From Stylophora pistillata (Eukaryota), in assembly GCF_002571385.2 (NCBI RefSeq), contig NW_019218915.1, forward strand, positions 1 to 59,651: a stretch of DNA of 59,651 nt, read 5' to 3'. This document shows, piece by piece, positions 23,770 to 38,100 of the stretch; the first letter of the stretch is position 1; every line of letters begins with the position of its first letter. The notes under the pieces are model-generated. The model did not search any database. It saw only the letters and a program-made list of their open reading frames with translations, and was not told the origin of the DNA. The position numbers and the translations under genes are program-made.

Positions 23770-25920
23770 CTAGCATAAAATAATATTTTGCCGGCGCGTA
23801 GCAGGGGACTAGAGGGTGGCTGCGAGGTAAACGGAGAGTTATGGGATCGTGGTTTGTAAGTAGAGGTCGTTAGCAGGGCAAGGCATTCTACTGTCAGCCT
23901 TTACCGTGTGTAGCTTTTAGTTTTCGTTTTCGTCTTTGTATAAATTTAGAGGGATACGATACTTCACAATGGACGACCGCAAAGGTAGGGAGGTCGTCAC
24001 CGAGAACAACGCTCAACTCCTCCCAAATCAAGGATCTTGTCTCCACGTCTCTCTCTGATTTAAAAAGATCAAGTGATTCTAACGCTGCCGAGCAGATGTC
24101 AGATGTCCGTCCTTTACAAGAGAAAAGTAACGAAGATCAGTATAAAGCAAACAACACTGTAGTGGAAGCTGTTGAAGATGCCTCAGCTGCAGCACAGCGA
24201 ACAGATTTGGCCAAGACCGAGGAAGCGCTTGATGGAGGTTTTTTTGTATTAAAAAAGGCAGGAAATGATCCTTTTAGCAGATAAGTCACCATTTGGGTGG
24301 AAAACCGTCTTTGAGTATATAAGCATCATGACCTGGTGGACGATGAAGAAGACGAGAAAAAGATCTACAGAGCAGAAGCTCGGGCAGCCATGGCTTCGAA
24401 GCGTTTCGTTACGTGTAGTTTTTACCAACAGCATCGCGCATCAGCACTGCCGATCGCTCGGAATTTGTAGCTTGCAGTCGGTCAGTGTCTGAATGCATTC
24501 AATCGGCTTAAGCCTTTAGTGAAGAAATGGAGAACGGAGGGCAAGTCCATAGTCGTTTATCTCGATGATGGCTTGGATTCTGCTGCCAATTATGTCGAAC
24601 CTAAAGGTACCAGTTTGGCAGTTCACGCTGATTTTTTGAAGTCAGGTCTTCTTCCTAATCAAGAAAAATCCATTTGGGACCCAGTCCAAAATATCATCTG
24701 CCTCGGAACTGTTATTAACACCTCAGAATGCCTCATATCCGCGACAGATAGCATAATTCAATCTCTGATAGAGGATTTATTGTTTCTTTTGGGGTCGGAG
24801 GACTCCCTTTTTCAGGTTCGAAAGCTCGCCAGTGTGTGCGGTAAGAATATTTCGCTCGGGATTTGTGTCGAGAGCGTAACTAGGATCATGACCTGTTAAT
24901 ACCTTTGCTATTGTTAACTCTGTTGCAAATTGGAATTTTCTTGTCTCTCTAACGCCTAAATGCATAAGTGAATTAAACTTTTGGAAAGGCAATCTTGTTG
25001 CTATCAACTGTGTGCCTTTGTAGCCCGTGAAGCGCAAACCAACGAAAATCGTATATTCAGATACGTCTTGTTCAGCCTGCGGAAGTTATATTCAGTTGGA
25101 AGACAAAATTTTTCACCAAAATTGGTCAGATTTCGAGAGTTCGCAGAGCTCCACATTTCGTGAGCTTCTTGCCGTTTCTCTGTCTTTACAAGTCTTTATA
25201 GATTCCCTCGGCGGACAGACTGTCCTCTGGTACACAGAGTCAGAACTTTGCGCGCATTCTGAACATTAATTGGTTCTAAAGTACCAGCTTTACAGAAAAT
25301 GGCTCTCGATATCCATTGATGCTGTCTCACTAGAGCCATCAGTATTGACATACAATGGATCACTAGGGACCTCAACTTTCTGGCGGACTATATTAGCAGG
25401 CTCGTGGACCGTGACGACTACACCGTTAATGATTCGGTCTTCCTTGCTATGGACGAACTTTGGGGTCCTCATACGTGCAATAGATTCGCCTGCCACCATA
25501 ACGCGAACCTCCCTACATTTAATACAAAAACCTTTAAGCCGCGGTTCTCCGGCGTCAACGCCTTCGCTCAAGATTGGTCCAGGCACAACAACTGGCTCTG
25601 CCCCACTGTTTGTTTGACGTCTAGGGTTATCAAGCACATGAAAATTTGCAATGCTTCGGGTACTCTGGTTGTTCCTATTTGGACGTTGGCAAATTTTTGG
25701 CCCTGTTTATGTTCCCACGGTTTGTACTGGAGTGCCTTTGTTCGTGACGGGGTCATACTTCTCAATCTTCCGAACTTGTTCGTTAGAGGTAAAGCTAAGA
25801 ATTCAATTTTGGGTCGTGGCACGCTTGCATTCTCGTTGGCTGCTTTACGAATTGATTTTGGCGTTCCGCAGAGGCAGGGTTCAGCCCTTGTTTGCGACGC
25901 ATATTTGTGTCCCTTTAGTT
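23770..25920 (+). mobile_element. Second DIRS-order retroelement remnant (gag, RT, RNase H, methyltransferase-like domain), 3' truncated
   Basis: LLADKSPFGWKTVFEY, VYLDDG, SSTFRELLAV, WGPHTCNRFA..N..FN, VNAFAQDWS..NNWLCP, GTLVVPIW. Confidence 0.85.
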
Positions 25921-25922
25921 TG

Positions 25923-25984
25923 ATATATATGTATATCTATATACATAATATACATATATGTATATATATATATATATATATATA
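25923..25984. repeat. (TA)n microsatellite
   Basis: Seen directly in the sequence. Confidence 0.9.
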
Positions 25985-26071
25985 AAGTTTAAAAAATTGC
26001 GAGGATGGACAACTTCTGACGTAAAAAATATAACAAATTATAATAAAAAACGTTTCGGTCAGAGATCTTCT

Positions 26072-26326
26072 TCATTCCACTAATTTATTCGTGTTTCTCT
26101 CGTTCCCATGTTCCCACCAATCACGTAGCTCCATTTTCTGCCTTTAAAAGCACACACAACCCACAATTCCTCTATTCGCTCCGACGAAGGGCTAACGCTC
26201 GAAACGTCAGCTTTTATAAACGTAACGGTGGCCAATTTACCATTTCAACTTTGTTGATTTATTCAAATTATTTCGTTACCCCCACCGACGCAGCCCCAAA
26301 CAGTTTCTTTGGAAACTATCAGCCCC
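26072..26326 (+). mobile_element. Penelope-like pLTR remnant with minimal hammerhead motif (26178-26211)
   Basis: Same sequence as the 3' region of the GIY-YIG element at 31842-32040; gct-CCGACGA-a-gggc-taac-gctc-GAAA-CGTC-agc. Confidence 0.85.
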
Positions 26327-26329
26327 CAC

Positions 26330-28468
26330 TTCACTGCAAGTTGAGCATCCCGTTGGGTACGATAGGCATCAACAATAACGGCTCTAACATGTGGTATTCC
26401 ACCATTTGAAAGCATGGCATTCAGGAAGTCATTAGCGTTCAACATATCATGACATTCGTTTATGTATCTCCTTACTTGGGCTCTGACAGTAGCCGTTTTT
26501 CTGTCGTAAGGACCCTTCCCTCCCTGTGGATCACTGAAGTCAACCCTTCGTATTACGATACCAGTTTTAGATTCAATTTGAGTACAGCTTGCCAGCATTT
26601 CAGCAGAATGGTAGCAAACGGCGTTTTCTTGCCGGAGAAAAGCAGTTGTCAGTTCGGGATGCTCTAGTTTCAGGGTGCGTAAGGCGTGTTCAGTTATTCG
26701 TACGATAGAGTAGCTGTCCTGCTTGCAGTTCTCCAAAACATGCACAAATACCTGGTGTTGGCAACATTGCTTGATCTTGCGCGTAACCACATTTATGTGC
26801 CACGAAAGTCCCCGCTTAGCAAATCAATCAGATTGCGACTCTCGGTATTTTTGTGGGAGGAATTTCATGGCCCAATCCTGAGTTACGTGAACAGATTTTT
26901 CATCATGATCAGGGCTATTCAGTATGGACGTTCTTGCCTCGTCCTGTTTTCAACTTCGTACCTGATGTGCTTTCCACCTTTTGATGCTGTCTACAGCTTG
27001 TCGGCAAGAATACGTCAAATCGTCCAATTCCTCTGGACTCACTTCGCAGTGCAGAAAACAATTTTCGACTTTTTCAAGAACATCCTTCAGGGTCTCACAC
27101 TGTATGCAGTGTTTGTCATGTGAATGATTGCACGTGCTTTTAAATGGACTCTCCTCACTGTCACTCAAAGCATACGTACTGCAGTGATCCGCAATAGTTG
27201 CAGATTCAGCAACATGAGCCTGGAATCATGACAAAAATTTTTTGAGACAATGTACTATAACTTGATAGGTAATTGATTCGAAAAATATTGTCATTACAAA
27301 GCGTAAAAGCAGAAGCGAGTGCATTAATATCACGCTCTAGTTCGATCTTGTTATAAGCCACTTAAAAAAAAATGCTAACTGTCGCCAATGCTCACGCGCT
27401 TTCACATGGCAAAAGTTTTCCTGAAATCACATACTTTGATTACAGCTGATATACCTTATATTCAGCCTTCAAGTAATGCTTTGCTTCCTTATGAGATTTT
27501 TGATAATGGCTCACCCAGTCTCTTCTAAGACCGAACTCTCCTAAACGGTCCAAAATACGGTGCAAATCATCAAATCCTTTCGCTCCTTCTGCCGCAATGT
27601 AATCGAGTCCTTGTAAAGATTTCCTTACCGTTACGCTACAGCAAGACAAAATGCGAAGCATGGTCGATGGACCAAATGGTTTGAAATTTGTTTCGTAGCA
27701 GTACTGTATGTATTGCTTAACAATACGCTGTGGTATCATATTACGTATCACATTGGGTGTCTCCAAAACTTTACCAGACGAAAGATGTAAGTATCGCTGG
27801 CCAAAAGAAAGGTCTTCAATGATGTGGGGCCTTGTAATGAATGATATGAAATGGTCCAGTTGGTTGGAGTCAACACACATTCTTGGGCTTTTTCGTAGGG
27901 GTAGTGGAACACCTCGGCCGTACTCTTTTTTGTGCCTCCTGGCTAAGGCAAATTTGAATTCAGTGACGCTGGGTATGTAGGCCTGTATTTTCTCAAAGGT
28001 AGTAAGGTCCGACATAACTGATAATAATTGGCGCCGTGTCGCCCAGCTTGATGCGTTGTTGTACGTTTCAGCCAAGGACTCCAAGTATTTCCGATCTGAC
28101 TGAGACTCCTCTGCTATCCCCAAGGCGTTCTCCACAGACTTAGACGCCTTTAGCGCCTCCCATAACGGACCAGCATTGCCAGGTACAATCACATTCAGAG
28201 CTGCTACTATTGACTCTTTAGCTTTTGATACTCGACTTCTTCTGGTGCGCAAACTTGTGTCTTGCCATTTTTTCTTGTACACGCCAATAGTGCTTCCAAC
28301 GTTGCAGGCACTTAAAAATTCATTTAACTTTGTTCTCTGTGCTCCTTGTGTACGTTGGTCCTCGGCACTGGAAGTCTCACCACAGCTGCCTGTATCTTCT
28401 GGAAGATAAAGACTTGTTTCCTCTTCAATAAAGAGTTGGCTCATTGATTGAGACAGTTGGTCAGCCTC
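26330..28468 (-). pseudogene. Intron-containing DDD transposase pseudogene, Sola3-like
   Basis: QDWAMKFLP.KYRESQSD.FAKRGLSWHI, RQENAVCYH (degenerate DNAGCYH), FSDPQGGKGPYDR. GT-AG intron 27220-27454 joins YK to AHV in frame. Superfamily assignment is from recalled motifs. Confidence 0.6.
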
Positions 28469-28630
28469 CTAACGAAAAGACACATTACTTAGCCAATGCC
28501 AAAGAAGGATTTAAAGTCCCTAATCTATTTAAAGGTCTTTGCAATTACTTATTTTTAGAAGTGTTCTATTCCAAAACAATGAAATTTAATCAATTCACTA
28601 ATGTTTAAATGCTCCATCAGGTGACAGGTG

Positions 28631-28703
28631 ATAATCACATTAATTCGTAACCAGTCTCCCGATAGTTTCTATAATCACATTAATTCGTAACCAGTCTCCC
28701 GAT
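28631..28703. repeat. 33-bp direct duplication with 40-bp period
   Basis: ataatcacattaattcgtaaccagtctcccgat occurs twice. Confidence 0.85.
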
Positions 28704-31700
28704 CGTTCTAAAATTGGCCAATTGTAATGTCATACATATTACTCGACTCTTCTTTATCTGAAATCTGGAAAGTTCCTAGTGAGTCCTCGAATATGTTCTT
28801 CCAGAAAAAAGTGTCTAAATATATACTTCCTAAATGCAATTTATGGACTTTGATAAAAAAATTGTTAAATTTTAGAGTTGTTTTTAGTGCCGCTAGTTTG
28901 AGGGTACAAATGTTTTTACTTTTTTCGTGCTTTGTTTTATTTTCGCTTTTNNNNNNNNNNNNNNNNNNNNNNCTTACTAACAAATTGTTATGTTTGCACG
29001 TTAGAAATTGCTTTTCAAGAACTGTGCTGTACTTTAAGTTCAAAGTCATGTGACGCGAGTCAAGTCAAAGCGATCGTATGACCAGTAGGGAAAGGACGGA
29101 TTTTTCTTGTTCACCGTTTCGAAAAGCAACGAAAACTCGACTTCATCGATGATATCCTCCATGAACATAAATGCCAGAGTATCTTGTGTGGTTTGTCTGC
29201 TAAACATTTTCACGACCGACAAAATGTCGCCACTCCGTACTCACAACAATTAATGAAACATTTTTGTTACGAGCTGACGACGGCGACGACCGTGTTTACG
29301 ACAACTAAGCCCCGGGACTCCCGCGCGCAAAAATCGTACTCGTACTCGTACTCGTAGTCGGATCTGAAGGTCCCAATTGTTGTGTTCAAATGCACCTCAT
29401 CCATTTCAAAGCAACCTTGGAAAAGATGTTTAAATGTTTACTTAACCGCTTGGCTAGAGCCAGGGTAAAGTTTAGTCAGGGGTAACGTTAGCTCTAGATC
29501 CCTAGGATTTGTCGCAACAGCATCGCGGGCAATGATGTAGAGTACAATTGTACTGCTGGATGCTTTGGGTGTGTTTCCGATATCATACGAGCACGTTATT
29601 TTGCTCTTCAGTCCAAGCTGGTCACCATGGTCATTTCAGGAGCTCATGAGTCCTCCCACGGTCCAATCCCCTGGGAGATCCTAGGGGGTAGGCGCTAAAT
29701 TTTCTCAACCTCGTCTCAAGGGCTGTTAGGTTGACCTCTCAACCAGTTCTGCAGCTTTTTTCACAATCAAAACTTTATTTTATAACGCCGGTGTAAAAGT
29801 GTAATGCTTTCACTTCTTTTCGTCACGAGAGAGTGTGCCAGTACCTATACCTAAAGTTCTTTATGCTCATCACGACCGAGTCATCTCTGGTTACAGGGAA
29901 TTGTAGCGATGAAGAATTATGCGAAAGCATCCAGTATTATATGGAGCTTACTATGCGGGGAGGCTCAACCCGAAAGGGGTACCTTTTCAAGCTTCAGGGT
30001 GTTGGGGTCTCACGAGTTCAAGATGAACTGAAAGGGGTGAAAGGCTAAGGAAATTTGTCAGTTAGGTATTTGAAAGCGCCTTTTATCAACATATTTGTTA
30101 ACAGTTGTACCCTATGAATGTATTTATTTTTAGTTTAATGTAGTTTTAATAAGTATTTCCTTGTTCTTTAGAAGGTATACGTAAGGGGTACCATTTTTTA
30201 AATGAAAGGTGCAGCGAAGAGGTACATTTTCGTCAAAAGTGACATATGAAAAGGTAAGGGTGTCGGCGCAGGGCCTGCTCGCACAACGCTTTGTTGAGTA
30301 CCTCTCCCCCCTCGGGAATTTTCGACTTCTACGCAACATTTTTTGCGCCACAAATTGGACACACAAAATTACAGCAGAAGAAAACACTGACTTGCTCTAG
30401 CCAACAGTAGCCTTGCCTCATCCAAGGAAGAGTCCTTTACATTCCTGAGCTTCAAGGGGCCTTGAATATCCTTCTGGCATTCTCCAATAAAAGTACAATG
30501 AACGTGGAAAATGGAATAGTAGTACACTGAGCCACAATGGCCCGCCATTGCTTTTATTGATTTAGTGCACGCGCCAAGGTACGTTTCCTCAATTTTAACA
30601 CTTCAGTCAAACATATATCTTTCAATCACGAAGAAAATCTATCTTAATGGTTTTGTCGGCTCTATTAGTTTGTGTTAATTCTGAAGCCGTTATATGTTTG
30701 TAGACTGAATACGAATTAGAACAGAGATGGGGTATTTTGATTTCATGATGATAAAGTAAACAACTAAGCTATGTACTGCGTGTCTGGAATATATTTCTAA
30801 AATAAATACAAGCTCATTTTCGGCGCGTACTAAAGGAAAGATAGCAAACAAAACAAGTAACCGGTCTTATTTTAATAGCCAAGGGAAAAGGCTGCAATCT
30901 TAGTAAAATTTCAATTGTGGTCCAAGTTTACACTTGTATTCGTCATTGCAAACGCAAGTTCAAAAGTTGTAAATTTCACGCAAGTACCGTTGATGTTTTC
31001 AGTTCTCAAAACTTCCCGTTTGAATTGCCCCAAAATTTTATTTCATAAATTGAAAGAAGAAGGACTGCTCTTTCTCTGGGATAGCATTTGCACAACGAAA
31101 GCTATGTACCAGGAAGGATTTTTTTGCAGTTGAAAAATGGTAAAATTAATAGCCGCGACGAAATTGTTTTAGAGGATGATTAAAAAAAAAATTAACATTT
31201 CAGATTGGAATCTGTTGAAATTCTAACAACGTTTTCATACAAAGGAAGGGTCATAAATCATCTTATATTGCAATAGTTATGGTATTTGATTCTGTTTCTA
31301 TTCACCACGCGAGGATGCGAAGCACATTTTTGGTTGGTTTAAGGGCCTCTCGGAGGTGCAAATTTATAAAAATTATGTTTGGAAAATATCAATCACAAGA
31401 AACTGGATCTTGTGTTTTATAAAATAGTTTCATAAAGGCTTTAATGCGACAAAGTTTGGGAGATTTCGATTTTTCCATCTTGCACATCTATCCGTGGTAT
31501 TTACAGAAAGTCGCTCTTAAGTTGAAACTATGGTCATCAATGAGTTCACTCTTGCAGCACTCACACATTACTTAGACCGGTACACTGCCGTTCTAATTGC
31601 CTACTCTCAAGTCCAGAGTCTTTCGGCTCCTTGTCAGCGGTTGGTCGCTGGTGTAAGACAAAGCGCGGGCAGGTCGCGTGCAGTATCGAAAGCAGTATCA

Positions 31701-31803
31701 CTAGTATCGATAGTTTCCAATCTGATTATGATATCACTGGTATCGAATATTTCATAACGGTATCGTTCTATCCTTATCGAGCATTGAAATTGTGGAGAGG
31801 ACA

Positions 31804-34095
31804 ATGGCTTGTAAGGAACTTGTATGCTTTCTTTTCATCTGATTTGGATATATCAACAAAGTTGAAATGGTAAATTGGCCACCGTAACGATTACAAAAGC
31901 TGACGTTTCGAGCGTTAGCCCTTCCTCGGAGCGAATAGAGGAATTGTAGGTTGTGCGTGCTTTCAAAGGCAGAAAATGGAGCTACGTTATTGGTGGGAAT
32001 ATGGCAACGAGAAAAACATGAATAAATTAGTGGAATGAAAAGCGTTCGTTGATCCCTGTGGGATTTAAACCGCCGGTTTGAAAGATGAGCTTTTGTTCAA
32101 GATTTTTACGGCTTTCCGTGCCACCTAAGTGCAAGGAAAGACCGCAGATTGCCATATGTTGCTTAGAATGATTAGGTAAATTAAAATGTCTAGCGACTGG
32201 TTTCGATGTGTCCTTGTCATTCCTTTCCACGTCTCGAAGGTGTTCTCGGAATCGGTCACCTAGTCTTCTGCCTGTTTCGCCGATGTATATCTTTTTGCAA
32301 TAAGTGCAAGTTATGCAATAGATTACATTGGCGGAGGTGCACGTGAAGTGATCGGTGATCTTAATGGATCGTTTAGGTCCCGATATTTTATCAGTGTTGT
32401 GAATGAAAGGACACGTTTTGCATCGTGCACGAGCGCATTTAAAAGTGCCTGGTTGGTCATTAGTCTGAAAAGAACTTCTGACCAAAAAATTGCCTATGTT
32501 TTTGTCGCGTTTGAATGAAATGAGCGGAGGCTGCGAAAAGATAGTGCTTGTCTCTGGATCGTTTTGAAGTAATTTAAAGTTTTTAAGAATGATGGATTTA
32601 ACTGAGTGGTTGTGAGGGTGAAACGTGAGAGTGAATGGAATGCGGTCGGAATCTTCCTTATGCGACGTTTGTAGTGCTGAATGTCGATCAATAAGTTGGG
32701 CGCGGTGGTAACCCGCTTGAACGACAGAAACAGGGTAACCACGTTTATCGAAAAACTGGCACATTGACTCTGATTTGTGGTGGAAATCAGAGTCATCACT
32801 ACATAAACGACGAAGTCTTAGAAACTGAGAAAAAGGAATGGAATTCTTAACGTGAGATGGATGCGAAGACGAATATAACAAGTAATTATGCGAGTCTGTA
32901 GGTTTGTAATACACACTAGTGCATAAACCGTTACCTTCAATTGAAACTTTGATGTCTAAAAAGGATAAAGAATTGTNNNNNNNNNNNNNNNNNNNNNNNN
33001 NNNNNNNNNNNNNNNNNNNNNNNNNNNNNNNNNNNNNNNNNNNNNNNNNNNNNNNNNNNNNNNNNNNNNNNNNNNNNNNNNNNNNNNNNNNNNNNNNNNN
33101 NNNNNNNNNNNNNNNNNNNNNNNNNNNNNNNNNNNNNNNNNNNNNNNNNNNNNNNNNNNNNNNNNNNNNNNNNNNNNNNNNNNNNAATCAAGAAAGCCAA
33201 GCGCTGTGGTCTTCAGTCGGCGGATGTTGGAATTGGAAGTTGATCAAGACGACGAACACTTACACGGCATGAAGGATTGTGAGCCTGCTTTATGAACTGC
33301 TTAACTTAATCTTTAACCTAAGTAAATTAGAAAATGTAAAACTAATTAAATAATAGTTAAAATGGGTAACTGCTTGTTGTTACATTTTTATTGCGTGCCA
33401 TATATCGTATTGGGGAGTCTACTTTCATATATGCTTTGTTAGCAGACATTTGTTGGTCATTCGTGCACGTAACACTGTAGAGAAAGTTGTTACGTCTGTT
33501 TGGACGACTACCAGTGTGGGACAAGTGAGCAGTGTGGTAATAACAAATGCATCAGCAATTCTTCTTCTTGTTTCTGTCCGTTCGACTACGAATGTGACAG
33601 TGACGAGCAGTGTTGTAATGGCAAAGGCATCAATAGTTTGTCTTCTTGTTCTCGTTCGCACAATCATCAGTGTGACATTAGACAGGACTGTTGCGGGGGA
33701 GTGTGTTTGTCAACGGAGATTGGAGTGGAGGAGCTATTGCAGGCGCTATTAGCGGCACAATTATCTTTTATGCCATCATCATTGCCATTGCATCTTACTG
33801 CTGCTATGCTTGTTGTCCGTACTACCGATATCGTACACTTGGTACTGTGGCCGTCACTGGCCAACAGCCGAAACAACAAAACGTATCAACACTCATGATG
33901 ACGACGTAGCAAGTACATCCTCCTCCACCAATGAACTATAACCAGCCTTCCCCAGGTTACAGTCAGGGTCCTCCGCCTTACCCAAGCTATCCAATGTCTC
34001 CAAAGCAATATCCTCCACCGCCGATACAAGCTCAAGTGGTGCCAAAGCCGGCTGCAGTAAATACTAAAGAACCGAACAAGTTCCAGCGAAAATAA
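31804..34095 (+). pseudogene. Cys-module receptor paralog 2 (4 modules, subtype B), disrupted
   Basis: ATG at 31804 gives MACKELVCFLFI, then a Penelope insertion. Coding resumes at ~33476 (CRESCYVCLDDYQC...). Cys losses, frameshift near 33710, TAG at 33907, tail with PPPY. Confidence 0.88.
31842..32976 (-). mobile_element. Penelope-like retroelement: RT C-terminus, GIY-YIG endonuclease and pLTR with hammerhead (31899-31932)
   Basis: YKPTDSHNYL..SSHP, SQFLRLRRLCS, CKTC, NVIYCITC..C..IYIGETGRRL..RFREH, PTGINER. Frame stays open up to the gap. Confidence 0.95.
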
Positions 34096-35188
34096 CCTGC
34101 GAGATAACTTCTCTAAACAGATCACTGTTCTTGTGAAATAATTAAGTAACATTCCGTTTTGCTATTCATTTACAGAGATGTAAGTTTAATCATATCTTTA
34201 AATGTTGTGTGAGCTTTGTAGGATGTTGGGACGAAGGATACTTGGAATAGGTTGTCTGAACTTAAAAATTCTGCTTTGATCTGCACGCTGTATATTTGCA
34301 AGTCTTACATTCCATCTCGATGTCATCGTTCAAAGCTAAGTGGAAAAGACTTTTGTTGGAGATAAATGAGTTCAGCCATTAATAATATTTCGGAAAGAAC
34401 ATTAATTGTACTCTTAGAGATATAGTATCTATTTTTTAAGTGTCATTCATACCGATCTGGCTGTATTAATTGCGATCTTATGCTTCCATCAACAGTTTTC
34501 AATCTATTTCCTTTGTGATGCTGAAGAGTGCAAATGTCGATCGTGTCATAAAGCAGTTAAATTGATAATCTCGGTGATAGGGTCACACAAGGTAAAAACT
34601 TGTATTCTTACGGCTCGGTTGTTGTTACTTTATTTCAGGTGATAAGCCATTTATAGACGTAAGTAATCTCCTTCCTCTACTCTACTTTTAGCTGGTCAGA
34701 TCTTAAGAAGATCGTTCCACAGCATAAGCAATATCGATGTCGAGCAGTATTAGATTTAAATTTGTTTTTTACCTCCATTTTTTGAATAATAACATTTTTG
34801 TTAATCCCCTGCTATTTCTGAAATAGTAAATAAATACATTCCTCTGAAACAATTATCTAAGAAAGAATTAAAAGTTCAGTCCGAGCCATGGACAGCCCAA
34901 GGAATAAAAATATCTATTTAAGTAAAAAATAAATTTTATACAAAATATTTAAAGACCAAATCTTGTTACTTTCACTAAGTTCAAACTTTATAGGAAAACT
35001 TTAAAAGCAAAACTTTAAAAGCAAAAAACAATATTATAGTGATTATTTTCTTAAAAACATTTAAGATAGTAAAAAAATTTGGAATGCTATTAAACAAATT
35101 GTCCATTTTAAGCCTCCAACTAGTCATAGAACCATTAAAATCATTACAGATAATAATGTCATAACTGATCGTTATATGACTACTGATA

Positions 35189-38100
35189 TAAGTAATAAGT
35201 AATAAGTAATAAGTTTATGGAACACTCCCTAAAAGGGTTTTTCAGTGAACAATACAATACAATAAGATTAAAAGATATACGTGTATAGCAAAAAATATAA
35301 AACTATACGTTAAAACTATTTTGTTGTAAGAAACTCATTCAACATCCTTGATTTTTAAGCTTTCTTAAAGTTAGTGAGGTCTTTAGACAATTTCAAAATC
35401 ACTGTCTAACGAGTTCCATAATTATACCATCCTATAGTGAAACGATCTCTAACCAGCAGCGGTTTTAAATAAAGGAATATTAAGTTGTTGGGAGTTTCTT
35501 GTTATTCGGTCAGATATCTGCCTTCTTGTGGCAAACTGTCACATCAGATAGGTCGGGGCACGGTCCGTCATGCACCTGAATGCGAGAATAGTATCTCAGA
35601 AGTAAACCTGCTTTTTTACGGGGAGCTACTTCAATTTTTTAAGTCATGGAATTATGTTTTCGAATTTCTTTACGAGCTGCAAAGTTCTGAACAATTTGTA
35701 GTTTTTGCATAATAATGGAAGAGGTATTAGACCAGACTGAAGAGCAATAGTACCATTTGCTGAAAACAAGCGCATTTATGATGATCACTAAGAGGTTGGA
35801 GTTAAATGCGTGCTTTGCTTGACTGATTTGAGCTAATATACTCATGCAAGATGAGACTGTCACTGAGATGTGGTTGTTAAATGACGAAGTAGGGTCGAAT
35901 GTTAGCCCATGATCCTTGACGGACTCTGAGGGCGTGAGTTCCTTTCCGAGCAACGAAATCTTAAAATCAGGTAATCTACGACTCATCGGGCGGCTACTAA
36001 AGAGCATGGGCTTTGTCTTTTCAAGGTTGAACAAAAGATAATTATCAAAACATCAATTTTGGATTAGATGTAAATCATTATGAATAATGTTCTTTGCTTT
36101 ATCAGCATCCCCAACCCTGAAAGACAAAAGAAGCTTAGTATCGTCAACATAGCACTCGGTTGAGCATTTCTGAGTGACTGCTGGTAAGTCCTTTACATAG
36201 ATAACGAACGATAGAGCCCAGAGTACGCTGCCTTGAGGGACACCGCAAACAACGGGAAGAGCGTTTGACAGCGTTGAGTTTATTTCATCACTTTCACTAG
36301 AGTGTGGTGAGGGTCGCACAACAGACTGAGGCTCCAAATTAAGTGCGCCCCAATATCCCACCCATCCCACCCCATGGGAGGACATCCATCACACAGCAAT
36401 CACGTGTTTGGGAAATTAACGTCTCCTACCCCAACCCTACAGGAGATGGGATCTCCATTTTATTCCTCCCTATCCGAGAAGACTAGAATATCTAACCATT
36501 TCTTGATGTTATAGGAAGGTAGCAAATTCTTCTCAATTATTTTAAGACCGTGAGTGTTGGTCCGGCCGGGGCTCGAACCCTCGACCTCCCGCACAACAGT
36601 CCAGCGCTCTATCCATTGAGCTAACCGGGAGGCGGTTTATGCGAACTACCTGAGATCTCTGGGATAGGTAGCTACAAAACCATGTTAACGCAGATAAGGA
36701 GAGACCAATATTCTTGAGTTTATCTAATAGCATTTCATGTCTGATACTGTCGAAGGCCTTGTTCATATCCAGATACACTACTGCAGTAACTTTAGTCTGG
36801 TCAATCGCTCGTAAGATGGCATCTGTGGAGGACACCAATAAACTTTGAGTTGAGTACAACTTTTTATTTCCACTTTCATCGAATGCAAGTCTTTGCTTTT
36901 CTGTCAAGTATGATGTAAGTTGGTCGAGCGCAACTTTTTCGCACACCTTTAAAAGAATAGGTAATAGGGAAATCGCTCTGTTATTACTCGCCTCTTCAGT
37001 GTCGCCTTCTTTTGGGATTGGACACACTTCAGCCATTTTCCAGACACTAGGAAAAACAACACTGTTAAATGAACTGTTCATAATGGAGGTGATTGATGGA
37101 ATAATAGCCGGGGCAGACTCCTTAAGGACACGAGGTGGTATTTTGTCAGTGCCAGGTGCTTTGTTGCTAGCTCGCGACTTTACAACTCTTTCAATTTCGC
37201 AGCACTCAACGTTGCGGAATGTGAATTGTTCCGAGAGAGGATATTGTATCGGAACAAAGGATATATATGAAGGAATATGTCCATAATCGTCGGCGAGTGA
37301 TTGAATTTTGTCAAGTGTTGTTTTTCCAACAGAAGTGAAGAATTGATTGAATTCATTTGCCATAGTCTTGTCATCTTTACAACAGATTCTTGCGCTCGCT
37401 GATTTCTTAGGTATGCACGATCGTATAGTCTTCCACATAGTGTTAGTGTCATTTGCATTTTGACTGATCTGGTCTTCCACAAAAGTCTTTAGAGCGAGTC
37501 GTAATTCTTGTTTTACTTCGTTTCTAAAATTCTTATAGCCCGACCAGAGGGCGGGATCATTCGTTCGCCTTGCTAGTTTTTGCCAATGATCTCTGGTTCT
37601 CATTAGTGCACGAATGTTATCATTAATAAATGGACAGGGGCGAGTTCTCACTTTGACGGTTTTTACGGGCGCATGCTGGTCAAGGACTTGGTTGAACAGA
37701 ATATTAAAAGCGTTCAATTTGTCTTCAACATTATCAAAGGTACCTGTAACTGACCAGGGGGCATTTGAAATATCCTTGAGAAATGCCACTTGGTCGTAAT
37801 TTTTGAAGCTCCTCGTTGTAATGTAAATAGGCTTGGCACGAGGTTTCTTCAGGTTTAGAGTCGCAATGATAAGTTCGTGGTCGCTTATTGTGTGAGCCAC
37901 TAGTTTCGTGTCCATGATGAGATGTTTGTTGTTAGTGAGTATCACTTCCATTAAACTCTTGGAGTTCTGAGTTATCCTCGTTGGTTCGTTAATAACTTGT
38001 GTGAGGTTAAATCAGTTGCAAAAGTGTAGTACTGCCTTCGGTTCAGGCTCGTTGGGTCGAGGTAAATTACAATTGAGGTCACCTAGTATAAAAATAGGAA

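Noticed and set aside
29270-30315. Short repeat-like segments (gacgac/actcgt runs; aggggtacc motifs)
   Set aside because: They look like dispersed non-autonomous repeats, but ends and TSDs could not be defined.
36555-36634. tRNA gene
   Set aside because: It is the head of a SINE with a body and TSD, and has no proper acceptor stem or terminator.
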